Source of the DNA: a virus
Taxonomy: Duplodnaviria > Caudoviricetes
IMG/VR virus record: IMGVR_UViG_3300035208_006553
Location: 32,001-96,000 of that record
Length of the DNA: 64,000 nt
Direction: 5' to 3' (one strand)
Shown here: positions 47,454-57,984 of the stretch, in pieces
Numbering within the stretch: the first letter of the stretch is position 1
How the letters are laid out: every line of letters starts with the position of its first letter
Translations under genes and position numbers: made by a program
Notes under the pieces: model-generated
The model's input: only the letters and a program-made list of their open reading frames with translations
Told to the model about the DNA's origin: nothing
Database searches by the model: none

Positions 47454-49367
47454 ATGCCTACAAATTTTAGTGAATACGCCCAGCAAATAGTACAGACTGC
47501 AGAAGTAAATTTTAAGCCTCTTAAAGAAGTAGATGCTATAACTTTTCTCACCTCGTCCGATTATCAAAATGAAGACCTTTTACCTGTACAGAGAGTTATT
47601 ACAAAGACTCTTTACAGATTGTGGTCATTATATCCTCCTGATAGAGATGAACAAGTTATATTAAATATATTGAGAGATGAGTGGGGTGTAACATTAGATT
47701 TAGCAAGAAAAGATCCTGTAAAGTTTTTAGTATTAATACTCGGAAGAAGATCCTCGAAATCAACGAGTATTAGCTTTATAGCTACTTATGAAGCTTATTC
47801 ATTAATTTGTAAAGATAATCCTCAAGCCTATTACGGAATACGAGATCGTCATCCTATTCATATCATGCACGTTGCATCTGCTGGAGATCAAGCTGAAGAT
47901 GTATTTTCTCTTACTAAAGATAATATAAGAAAAGTATCTTTTTTTAGACCTTACATCGATTTTGATAAAGATAGCGGTACGGAATTAAGATTATTTACAC
48001 CTTACGATTTAAGAAAGAATGATGAAATAAGATTTAAAAATAACCAAATTACAAGAGGAGCTGGAGTACAAAAAGAATCTACTCTACCGGGATCTATTAC
48101 TATAGAATCTGTAACCACATCAGCTGCAAGTCATCGTGGAAAAGCAATTAAAGCATTAATGCTTTCTGAGTTTGCTCATTTTGAAAGAGCTAAATCAGGA
48201 GGTAATAAAGATGATAACGTATTTTCTGAAAATAATAAAACAGACTATGCTATTTGGAAAGCATTTACTCCTTCAGTAAAAGATTTTAAAGATGATGGAA
48301 TAGTATTAGTTGAAACATCTCCTAAAGAAAAAGGAGGAGAAGCTTACAATCAATACTGTATAGCCGGAGGTATAGAACAGGAAAATGTAGATAATATTGT
48401 AGCTGATTCTCAATACCAATTAATTCAATTATCTACCTGGCAGGCTCGTTTTACTGAATATGTTTATGAAGATTTTGAACCAGATTTTAGAAATGACCCT
48501 GTTGGAGCTAATATGGAGTATGGAGCTCATTTCGGTAATCCAGTAGGGTCTTTTATTCCAGAAGAGTGGATTGAGAGAGTACCTCAACCCATGGTTAATA
48601 TTAATTTTAATAATATACATCTCCAGAAATATATTATTTCAATTGATCCTGGAGGGAAAGCAAAGAAGAAAAAAGCAGATACTTATATAGTAACATGGGG
48701 TCATGCCGAGGGAGATCTTCAAGGTCAATACGTTCAAGAAGGAGAAAAAGTAGTATATTGGATTGATGGAATAGAAGGATGGGATGCTAAAATTCAATCT
48801 CTTGGTAATGGTAAGTATGATATTATACCAGTTAATCCAAATTTAGTATTAGATTTTGTGTTAAATTTAGTAGATAGTTTAGGTAGAAATTATGTAGCAG
48901 AGATTGCATACGATCAATTTGATTCTTCTAGTCCTATTGCAACTCTTCAAGGATTAGGATTACCTGCTGTAGAAACAACATTTACTAATCCTTATAAAAG
49001 TGCTATGTACGGTAATTATTTATCAAAGTTAAGCACTAATCAAGTTAGAATGTATGGAGTGGATGAAAAAGGATGGGTTAATAGGTGGAAATTGGAAATG
49101 AAACATTTACAAAGAAAAACTCAAGGTAATGTTACATTCTATACTCATCCAACATCTGGACCTGTTCAGCACGATGATACAGTTACATCTACTTCAAATT
49201 TAGTACATCGATTGTGTTTAATTACAACTCCTACAAATAAGAGTATTCAACAAGCTCATAAACAAGGTACTACTCCTATTCAGGTTAGAAAAGGTCCGTT
49301 GCCAGTAAGAGGACCTGCATTTGGAGGTGGAAGGATAAGTTTAACAGGGTCTAGACGTTACAATTAA
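47454..49367 (+). CDS. terL: Terminase large subunit
   Basis: Walker A LGRRSSKS, Walker B LMLSEFAHF, MEYGA.F, nuclease ISIDPG, YDQF, HDD. Confidence 0.85.
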   Translation: MPTNFSEYAQQIVQTAEVNFKPLKEVDAITFLTSSDYQNEDLLPVQRVITKTLYRLWSLYPPDRDEQVILNILRDEWGVTLDLARKDPVKFLVLILGRRSSKSTSISFIATYEAYSLICKDNPQAYYGIRDRHPIHIMHVASAGDQAEDVFSLTKDNIRKVSFFRPYIDFDKDSGTELRLFTPYDLRKNDEIRFKNNQITRGAGVQKESTLPGSITIESVTTSAASHRGKAIKALMLSEFAHFERAKSGGNKDDNVFSENNKTDYAIWKAFTPSVKDFKDDGIVLVETSPKEKGGEAYNQYCIAGGIEQENVDNIVADSQYQLIQLSTWQARFTEYVYEDFEPDFRNDPVGANMEYGAHFGNPVGSFIPEEWIERVPQPMVNINFNNIHLQKYIISIDPGGKAKKKKADTYIVTWGHAEGDLQGQYVQEGEKVVYWIDGIEGWDAKIQSLGNGKYDIIPVNPNLVLDFVLNLVDSLGRNYVAEIAYDQFDSSSPIATLQGLGLPAVETTFTNPYKSAMYGNYLSKLSTNQVRMYGVDEKGWVNRWKLEMKHLQRKTQGNVTFYTHPTSGPVQHDDTVTSTSNLVHRLCLITTPTNKSIQQAHKQGTTPIQVRKGPLPVRGPAFGGGRISLTGSRRYN

Positions 49368-49403
49368 TGTATGATATAAGTAAAATAAAAGGAGTAAATT
49401 TAG

Positions 49404-50944
49404 ATGTCTATAAATGGTTTATTTTTACTTATGCTAATTACTGGCATTGTTTTGATAAAAATTGTAGTAGGTTGGAAAGAAAAAGCTGATTTATGGGATC
49501 AAAGAGTTGGAATAAAAAAAGATGAATTACACGTACCTAATTATCAAGAATTGATGAGTACAAAAAAATATTTACAATTTAAAGCACGTATGGATTATTT
49601 TTTTATTTCTGCATCATCTTTTATTAATTGGTGTAGTCAAAGAATATCACAAATAAAATGTTTAATAGTAGAAGAAAAGAGACAATACTAGAAATTACTT
49701 ATATTTTTAGTTAATATAAGGAGAGTAATATTATGAAACACCCATCTGCTTGTAGTAAAAGTAACAATCTTAATTTACTTAATGATATTAACCCTTCTCA
49801 CCGGCCGGTCGATTGTACAGAATCGCAAACTTTACTTTTTAATGATACTGAACTGGAAAATTGTACAGTAATACCTAAAAGTGTATATGAAATATATGAT
49901 GAATGGGATAGGTATTTTAAACCTATAATAGGTGAATCATCAAGTAGAGAAAGAAGATTACAAATGCAAATTAGTTAATGTATAATAAATTGTAAAATAT
50001 AAATAATATAAAGGAGATTTTATGAAAGAGAAATCTTTAACAGGAGCTGTTGTGCGTGTTAAAATGAGAGAATTAAAAGCATTGAGTGATAAACATGGCT
50101 GGAATAATTATAATATGTATAAGCAATTTCAATTAACTAAAGGTAAGAAACATGATTTAATTTTAACTCTTGGAGAAAAGGGAAACAGTTCAGTATTTTC
50201 ACCAGCAAGTCATAGAGGAGAAGGGGTTTATTATCAAGTTGATCTTGGAAGAAAATTAGGTGTGGTATATGATTCTTGGTATATACCAACATCGGTATTT
50301 GTGGTGAAAAAAGAGAGAAAATAAAAGGTATAAATTGACTAATCGATTAAAAACTCTTCAGGTTCAAAAGTCTCAACTAGAATTAGAAATAGCAAACATA
50401 AATAAAGAGCTTAAAGAATTAAGTATTGTGAAGTTAGAAAAAGTAAATAAAGTAAAAAGTATACAAAAAGAAATAATTGAAATTACTGCTGATATTACTA
50501 TATCAGAGCATGCTGTATTAAGATTTTTAGAAAGAGTAAGAGGTGAAGATTTAGAAAGTATTAAACAGCAAATATTAAGTGAAGATTTAAAAAAACAAAT
50601 TCAAGTATTAGGTGATGGCACCTATCCTGTTAAAGATTTTAAAGTATTAGTGAGAAACAATATTATTGTTACGGTAACAACGAACGGTACAGAAATTAAC
50701 AGTAAATATAAGGTGCATAATGAAGAGTGTTAATGAAGTAATTCAAGATACTTTGAAAAATTTATACCAACCTAATCTCGATTCTGAAGTAAGCCAAATC
50801 AGTACAGCACAGCATATAGTAGACAATTTACAAAAAGAAGGTTATGTAATATTACGAAAACAAAACTTTTTACAGTATTATTGTAGTAATGAAGTTAAAA
50901 ATAGTTTAAATCCCCTTCCTGACAACTACCAAATAGACAATTAA
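49404..50944 (+). other. Five small hypothetical CDSs (49404, 49733, 50022, 50335, 50720)
   Basis: Packed ORFs, several with AGGAG; 50335 has ITISEHAVLRFLER. Confidence 0.55.
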
Positions 50945-51050
50945 TATTTATTTTAAATTTAAATTAAATAGAGATACAATAAAGATTTACATATGTATCG
51001 TTTATGTAATGTATAATATTAGTATGTCAACAAACAAAGGAGTAAACAAT

Positions 51051-51179
51051 ATGGGAGCAGTAGAACAAGAAGTACCGGAAAAAGTAGAAACTGAACAATC
51101 GGTAGTAACTGAAGAAAGATCACAAAGTGCAGAATCAGAAGTATCTTCTGTTAAAGAAAAAGAAGAGGTAAAAGAGTAA
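51051..51179 (+). CDS. 42-aa highly acidic peptide (not in ORF track)
   Basis: AAGGAG RBS; MGAVEQEVPEKVETEQSVVTEERSQSAESEVSSVKEKEEVKE. Confidence 0.6.
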   Translation: MGAVEQEVPEKVETEQSVVTEERSQSAESEVSSVKEKEEVKE

Positions 51180-51181
51180 CA

Positions 51182-52063
51182 ATGACAGGTCAGCAAGTTA
51201 TTGATACTGTTATTAAAGCTAATTCTTATTTGGATGTATTTTCTAATATAGAAGATTGGAAAAATGATTTTAATTCTTTTATACAGATGATACATCCAGA
51301 TAAATGTCATCTTCAACATGCGCAATATGCTTCAGCTAAATTATTAGAATTTAGAAAGGCATTAGAAAACGGTGTTGACTTTAATGATGATGCAGGATTA
51401 GTAACTTACTTTCCGAAGTGTTGTATTTTTAAAGGAAAAGAAGACTTATTAAAACTTTCATTAAAAAATTATAATAAACTTATATCTTTCAATAATAAAA
51501 AAGATTTACATTTTCATAAATATTTACCTAACTCGTTAGAGTTAAAAAATAAGCAGTTGGTAACAAATTTTGAAGAAAGAGCTCTTCCTTTATCATCTAT
51601 TAAAAAATTACCTCAAGAACATGTTAATTGGGTGTTAAGTCGATTACTTGAAATATCAACTTGGTTTGACAGTCACCAAATTTATCATGGAGGTATTAAT
51701 TTAGATTCTATTTTTATTGTACCTAAAACTCACGGAATCATTGTAACATCTTTTTATCATTTAACTGAAATAGATAAAATAGTAAAGACTATATCTGGAA
51801 AGTATAAACTATTTTACCCTAATGTTTTGTTTACCACAAAAAAAGCTTCTTCTTTTATTGATATTGAATTGTCAAAAAGAGTAGCTGCTTATTTATTAGG
51901 AGATGTATCTGGTAATGGAGCAGGTTTAAGAAAAATATGCAATGAAGATTTTATTAATTTTTTGTTGAAGTATGATGTAAGGTCATCATTTGATATAATC
52001 AAAGATTATAGAGAATTGTTAAAAAGAAATTTTGAAACAAAATTTTATCACTTAAATATATAA
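51182..52063 (+). CDS. J-domain-like (HPD) plus degenerate protein-kinase-fold protein
   Basis: IHPDKC; LPQEHVNWVLSRLL...YHGGINLDSIFIVP.THG. Confidence 0.65.
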   Translation: MTGQQVIDTVIKANSYLDVFSNIEDWKNDFNSFIQMIHPDKCHLQHAQYASAKLLEFRKALENGVDFNDDAGLVTYFPKCCIFKGKEDLLKLSLKNYNKLISFNNKKDLHFHKYLPNSLELKNKQLVTNFEERALPLSSIKKLPQEHVNWVLSRLLEISTWFDSHQIYHGGINLDSIFIVPKTHGIIVTSFYHLTEIDKIVKTISGKYKLFYPNVLFTTKKASSFIDIELSKRVAAYLLGDVSGNGAGLRKICNEDFINFLLKYDVRSSFDIIKDYRELLKRNFETKFYHLNI

Positions 52064-52075
52064 GGAGAATTAATT

Positions 52076-52999
52076 ATGGGTAGTACAAGTTGGTCAAGTA
52101 GTGCATATGACAGTTTTAAATCAAGTTATAAGTCAAAAAGTACTGATGATATTTTTACACATAACAAAACAAAAGACATTTCTTCTGAAATGGATCCTAA
52201 AGGTTTAAAATTTAGAGAAGCTAGAGATAGCGATACACATCCTCAAACTGTAGCAATAGGTATTTTCTTAGATGAAACTGGAAGTATGGGAGCAATACCT
52301 GAAATGATTGTTAGAGAAAAGTTACGTAATTTAATGGAAACTTTAATCACGCACGGCATTAAGGATGCTGCAGTATTATTTGGAGGTATTGGAGACCATA
52401 TAGGACCTGATCAATACCCTCTTCAAGTAGGTCAATTTGAATCAGGTACGGAAGAGTTAAACAAATGGCTTACCGATATTTACTTAGAAGGAATGGGCGG
52501 TGGTCAAAATAGAGAATCTTATTTGCTTGCATGGTTAATTGCAGGGCGTCACACATCGATTGATTGCTTTGAAAAAAGAGGTCAGAAAGGTTTTCTATTT
52601 ACAATAGGCGATGAAGCTAGTTGGAATAAAATAAAAGCAAGTAGATTACAACAATTGTTAGGTTATTCTCAAGCTGAAGATGTAACAGATGTTCAATTAC
52701 TTGCTGAAGCTCAGCGTATGTATCACGTTTTTCACATTCACATTCAAGAAGGTAGTTACAAAAACGATCCTCAAATATTAAAATACTGGAAAGATTTACT
52801 TAAAGAGAGATTAATTGTATTGGAAGATTATACCAAGATTTCTGAAGTGATTGCGTCAACCGTAGCTGTTATTTCAGGAGCTGATATGGAAAAAGTACTT
52901 GATTCTTTTGATAGTAAGACTTCTCTTGTAGTACGTAATTCAATTGTTAACGCTATTAAAGTTGAAAATGGAGCAGTTGAGGGTATTATAAATCTATAA
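52076..52999 (+). CDS. vWA-domain protein
   Basis: MIDAS DETGSM, GIGD, LQVGQFE, GGGQNRESY, TIGDE. Confidence 0.8.
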   Translation: MGSTSWSSSAYDSFKSSYKSKSTDDIFTHNKTKDISSEMDPKGLKFREARDSDTHPQTVAIGIFLDETGSMGAIPEMIVREKLRNLMETLITHGIKDAAVLFGGIGDHIGPDQYPLQVGQFESGTEELNKWLTDIYLEGMGGGQNRESYLLAWLIAGRHTSIDCFEKRGQKGFLFTIGDEASWNKIKASRLQQLLGYSQAEDVTDVQLLAEAQRMYHVFHIHIQEGSYKNDPQILKYWKDLLKERLIVLEDYTKISEVIASTVAVISGADMEKVLDSFDSKTSLVVRNSIVNAIKVENGAVEGIINL

Positions 53000-53020
53000 A
53001 AATTATGTTAAAGGAAAATA

Positions 53021-54178
53021 ATGAAAATATCTATCGTATTGGGAGCAGGTTTTGGAGATGAAGGTAAGGGACGTACAGTTTCTTACCTTGTGTCTCAATC
53101 AAAAAAACCTCTTGTAATTAGATTTAGTGGGGGTCACCAAGCTGGTCATACCGTATTTGTTAACAATAAACAACATATTTTTTCTCATTTTGGATCAGGT
53201 ACTCTTCAAAATGCTCCTACTTATTGGAGTAAGTTTTGTACAACTTACCCGATAGGGTTAGTAAATGAGTGGACGGCTTTAAAAGATCAAGGAATAAATT
53301 CTTCCATTTTTATTGATCCTCTATCACCCGTTACAACTCCTTTTGATGTTTACGCTAATCGGTATGTAAATGCAAATAACCAACACGGGACTTGCGGTGC
53401 AGGTTTTGGCACAACAATTGAAAGACAAGAAAATCATTACAAATTGCAGTTTATAGATTTATTTTATCATAGTGTATTAGAAGCTAAACTAAAAAATATT
53501 GAAGATTATTATAAAGCTAAAGGGTGGGTTTTTTCTAATGAACCTGATTTCAAAAATCGCATGAAATGCTTTTTTGATAGTGTTGATATTATTAATCATT
53601 ATGATATAGGAAACATTCAAGACTTTCAGTTTAATGATTTTGATCATGTCATCTTTGAAGGTTCTCAAGGGCTTCTTTTAGATAAAGATATAGGATTCTT
53701 TCCTAATGTAACAAGGTCAAATACAACAAGTGAAAATGCATTAGCATTAATAGATGAGCTTTTTAATACAGTAGAAAAGGATATTACTACTTTTTTTGTT
53801 ACTAGATGTTACCAAACACGTCACGGTAATGGTTATATGTCGGATGAGAGGTTTTTAGACTTAAAAAATATTGAAAATGAAACTAATATTTTAAATAGTT
53901 ACCAAGGAAAGTTCAGAACAGGTTATTTAGATTTAAGTTTACTTAGGTATGCTATTTATAGAGAAACTTTAAACAATCCAAAAGGAATTAAATATTGTTT
54001 AGTAGTAACATGCATTGATCAACTATTAAATTCTACTTTTACAGTAAAGGATGGTGGTAAATTAAGAGTTATTGGTTTGAATGATTTTCGTTTAATTATA
54101 TCTAATGTATTGTTTTCATATGGAAGAGCAACAGATAAAATAGATATTATTGCATACACGGAAGGAAGTAAATTTTAA
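53021..54178 (+). CDS. purA: Adenylosuccinate synthetase-like protein
   Basis: GFGDEGKG, GGHQAGHT, FEGSQG.LLD, FPNVTRS, TRHGNG. Confidence 0.85.
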   Translation: MKISIVLGAGFGDEGKGRTVSYLVSQSKKPLVIRFSGGHQAGHTVFVNNKQHIFSHFGSGTLQNAPTYWSKFCTTYPIGLVNEWTALKDQGINSSIFIDPLSPVTTPFDVYANRYVNANNQHGTCGAGFGTTIERQENHYKLQFIDLFYHSVLEAKLKNIEDYYKAKGWVFSNEPDFKNRMKCFFDSVDIINHYDIGNIQDFQFNDFDHVIFEGSQGLLLDKDIGFFPNVTRSNTTSENALALIDELFNTVEKDITTFFVTRCYQTRHGNGYMSDERFLDLKNIENETNILNSYQGKFRTGYLDLSLLRYAIYRETLNNPKGIKYCLVVTCIDQLLNSTFTVKDGGKLRVIGLNDFRLIISNVLFSYGRATDKIDIIAYTEGSKF

Positions 54179-54189
54179 GTAAATTAGAG

Positions 54190-55627
54190 GTGACAGTAGT
54201 GGGAGAAACAAGTAGAGATTATTATTTGAAAATTGCTGCTCAAATGTGGCATGGATCTTCATATGAACAAGTATTAACACTATTTAGGGAAAGAAAACCA
54301 CATTATACAAATAATAATTTAGATGTTTTAATTTTACCTGCTGAGTTAGTTCATATTTTAGATGATACAGCTCAATTACTTCGTCAAGTTGATGGAGTGT
54401 TAAGATCTAGACAAGCGATAGCGAACATTGTAATGAATTATAAATTAAATAAAAAGGCGTAATTTGAAACATATTGAATTGACAAAAGATACTTTATGTA
54501 AAATTTATGACATTTTAGTAACTGAGTGTAACGTAGATGAGAGTATGAAAGAATCTTTTGTATTTCACCATCTTAAAAAAGACTACCCTAATGAGTGGAG
54601 AATTTGTGGAAAGCTAGGGTATGGAGGAAAGATTTGGAGGCGAGAAATAAACTTTGCAAATCGTGTTGAAATGTATATTTCATGTTATGGGGAAGATGAA
54701 ACAGAAGAAAGATTAAAACTTATAAGTAAAGTAAATAAAAGGATTGCTAAATTATTAGGAACAATTTAGTATGTTACAAAAAGACAAGAATAGAATTATT
54801 GATATTGCTTTTATTATAAAGGATTTTCAAACAGAAATTGAAAGACTTAGAGATTCTGAGAAAGTAAAAGCTTGTAATATTAATACATCTCAAGCAGAGT
54901 ATACTCAAGCAGGTGAAAAATTTGATTTTAGAGGAAAGGATTTAGAGGAAGTGTATACTAAGATGAGTGAAATGTATCATCTATTAATTGATATAGGAAG
55001 TTAGAATGAAAACTAAATGTTATTGTATATTTTGTGTACATCACCCTCTTCACGACAAACAAAAAGAGTTTAAAGAGATTACGACTGGATACAAACCGGG
55101 CTTCATGGTAAAATCTGAATTTGATGATCAAGGAATAGAGGTAGAGTGTTTACGGCCTGTTTCAGATGCTTTTTATGAATTAGGAAGAGAATCAGAAGAT
55201 TTTAAATGGGAAGTTACAGCTTACGGAGATGGATGTGCAATTACCGGAGTTAAAGGGATAGGTTATACAATATGGGCAAATTGTAAAAATGAAAAACACG
55301 AAGAAATTTAAAGATTTTTTTGAAGCTTGGTATTTTTTAGAAGAACACTCTTATTATAGACATCCGAAATACCATAATAGTTTTTTTCAAAGAAGTTTAG
55401 ATATTGAAGTTGTTAAAGTCAATCCAAAGACAGAATGCATTGATGATAATGAACAATTAAATATCGTGACAAGGATATGGTTAGAAAGTGGTATTAATTG
55501 GATTAACAAAGAAACTTACGAATCTACTCATGATTGGAAATTAGATTGTGGAGGTAAAACATTTGAAGAAGCAATTATTAACTTAGCTAATTTAGTGTTA
55601 AAACATTATGGAAAGTCTAAAACGTAA
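54190..55627 (+). other. Five small hypothetical CDSs (54190, 54464, 54771, 55006, 55289)
   Basis: Abutting + strand ORFs. Confidence 0.55.
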
Positions 55628-56797
55628 AGTAACAGCAGTTTGTCTGTTTACAATGTTTGAAAACTAAATTGTAGAGCGATGTGAAAAAGTTTATTGAAGA
55701 AAAGAAAAAATAATAAAATATTAAAATTAAGAACGGCTTTATAAAGAAATTGCAATTGTACGATGTAAACAGAAGGAAAATAGAAAAATGACAATAGTAA
55801 AAGCATTAATGAGTGATGAATATAATTTGATATTATCTACCGGACACAAATGGTTGGTATATGATACTCAATTTAATATGTGGGTAGTTTATGAACAAGT
55901 GAGACGCAAAGTTGTGAAGATAATCGAGACAGAAATAGAAGATGAAGCAGTAGCAGAACTAATTAAATAATTTTGTCCGCACGAATTGCTTGTTTTATGC
56001 TTTTGCGGACGTAAATAAAAGGAGAAATAAAACGACACTAGAGAGATTTGAAGAAATATTTGACAACACAGAAAGCGACCACAAACGACAAAGTAAGATA
56101 TTTAAGGGACTTGAAATAATAAGAAAATATTTACCAGATGCTGATATTGAAGCTGCTGAACACGATATTATTTATGCGGCTGATGTAGATGAATTAATAG
56201 AGGCGGGCATAACAGAAGATGATGTAAAAGAACTGGCTAAATTAACTTGGCATATTGATGAGGATGCTTTGGCGCACTTTGCGTGATAGTTTGCAATAAA
56301 CATAACATAAACTTGAGGTCTTTTTGATTTGCTGATTAAACCGTGAGAAGTGAACATGGATAATATTATGAATTATGGACTAACATTTTATTGTGTGTTA
56401 GGGAAATGGAGTAAACCAAAAATACAGTGGATGAAAGCAACGAGAAGTTTGAGAATATGTTTAGGATTTGTTGCCATAAAAATTGGGTTGTATGATTTAG
56501 AAAGATGGGAAAAGAAAGTTTTAATTGCATATATAAAAACAACTGATAGCGACGAGTCGGTTTAACAAATTAATGGAGTGAAAATGTTTAGCAAGATTGA
56601 AAGATTAAAAAGAAAAGCTAAAAAGTATTACCAAGAATACAACCGAATACTTGATGGAATGGATTGCGGAGTAACATTAGCGTTGCAAATATCTTCCCGG
56701 TTGAGCATAGCGAAAACTAATTTCAACAATACTTTAGATGAATTGGCAAAGATCGATCCGCAATGTACCACGAAGAGACTATGATAGTCAAAAACAT

Positions 56798-56920
56798 GCA
56801 TAACTGATCAGCGATTAAACGCACCGGGCATAAAAAGAGAGATTAAAAGTATAATTAACATATTAAACAATAAAATAGCCGCACAAAAGATAGGTGCCGT
56901 TCTTGATTATGTAGTTAGTT
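56798..56920 (-). repeat. attC-like site
   Basis: GCATAAC...GATTAAACGCACC pairs with GGTGCCGTTCTTGATT...GTTAGTT. Confidence 0.65.
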
Positions 56921-57131
56921 TTTGAGGAGCGAAAATATGCAATTACATCCAGCAACATTAATTCTATTGGATAAAGAGGATATTATAGATGCTATTAAAC
57001 AAGCAATTTATAAAGAATATCCAGAGTTTAGATCAACATACAATATTATCATTGATACGAAATTGGAAAGAGTAGAAGTAAGAGCAATTTGTTATACGCC
57101 CGTTAAAAAGGCAAATGATAGCGACGAGTAA

Positions 57132-57327
57132 AACTAACAGAGTTGGTTTTAAAGGGTTTTACGGAATAAACACTAAAATAAAATTGAGGTAAAAATGTTA
57201 AAATGTAATAACAAATTTTGCTATAATAATTCAATAGCTGGATGTTCACTTGAGTTTGAAACACAAACTGATTGCGATACATATAATGACTATAATGAAA
57301 GCAACCTTGTTGAAAACCGAGTTAGCC
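57132..57327 (-). repeat. attC-like site
   Basis: CTAAC.AGAGTT.GGTTTTAAAGGGTT pairs with AACCTT(G)TT(G)AAAACC.GA.GTTAG. Confidence 0.82.
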
Positions 57328-57444
57328 AAGCCGCTTCTCGGGCGGTGCAAGCCGCCGAAAATTTAGAACAAAAGATTAAAGAGTTTGCAGACATACGCGG
57401 ATTAAAGTGTTCAAAAACTTTGAAAAGTTCCTGGAGGGGTTAAT

Positions 57445-57918
57445 ATGATACATGACTTAAAGAAAATAATATTTTTAGACATTGATGGAGTTTTAAATTG
57501 TGAAATAGATGCTATTCAAAACGAATTTGAAGATATTTCTAAAAGATGTGTTAAGATGTTAAATACGATTATTAAAGAGACAGATGCAAAGGTTGTAATA
57601 TCTTCTGTTTGGAGAAATAATAGAACAGTAGACCAATTACAAGAACTTTTAGAAAAATATGGATTCGAAGGTGAAGTAGTAAGTAAAACTCCCCATCTAG
57701 GTCAAGGAAGTTTAAGAGGTAATGAAATTAGATGGTGGATTGAAACAAATATACCTTATGAGGAACAAAACAATTTTAAATACGTAATACTTGATGATGA
57801 CAGTGACATGTTATTATGGCAAAAAGATAATTTTTTATGTGTAGATGGGTATTGTGGAATTACACCTAAAATAGTGTATAAAGCTTGCTGGATTTTGAAA
57901 GGTAAAATAGGAGTTTAA
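57445..57918 (+). CDS. HAD-family phosphatase (RNA-repair HAD_SAK_2-like)
   Basis: FLDIDGVLN, VISSVWR, RGNEI, YVILDDD.D. Confidence 0.85.
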   Translation: MIHDLKKIIFLDIDGVLNCEIDAIQNEFEDISKRCVKMLNTIIKETDAKVVISSVWRNNRTVDQLQELLEKYGFEGEVVSKTPHLGQGSLRGNEIRWWIETNIPYEEQNNFKYVILDDDSDMLLWQKDNFLCVDGYCGITPKIVYKACWILKGKIGV

Positions 57919-57984
57919 TTTAAAGATAATTAATGTATAGTATATATAGGAAATTATAAAACAAAGATTTTAAAGGTATATAAT

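Larger units (their letters stand above)
55739..57347 (-). mobile_element. Integron-like cassette array 2 (four attC-like sites) with small CDSs at 55788, 55990, 56350, 56578, 56922 and 57195
   Basis: Sites at about 55739-55998, 56300-56565 (degenerate), 56798-56920 and 57132-57327; same architecture as array 1. Confidence 0.7.

Noticed and set aside
53021-54178. PurZ and a 2-aminoadenine (Z) genome
   Set aside because: Motif is GDEGKG (PurA-type Asp), not the PurZ Ser variant; no DatZ or MazZ recognised nearby
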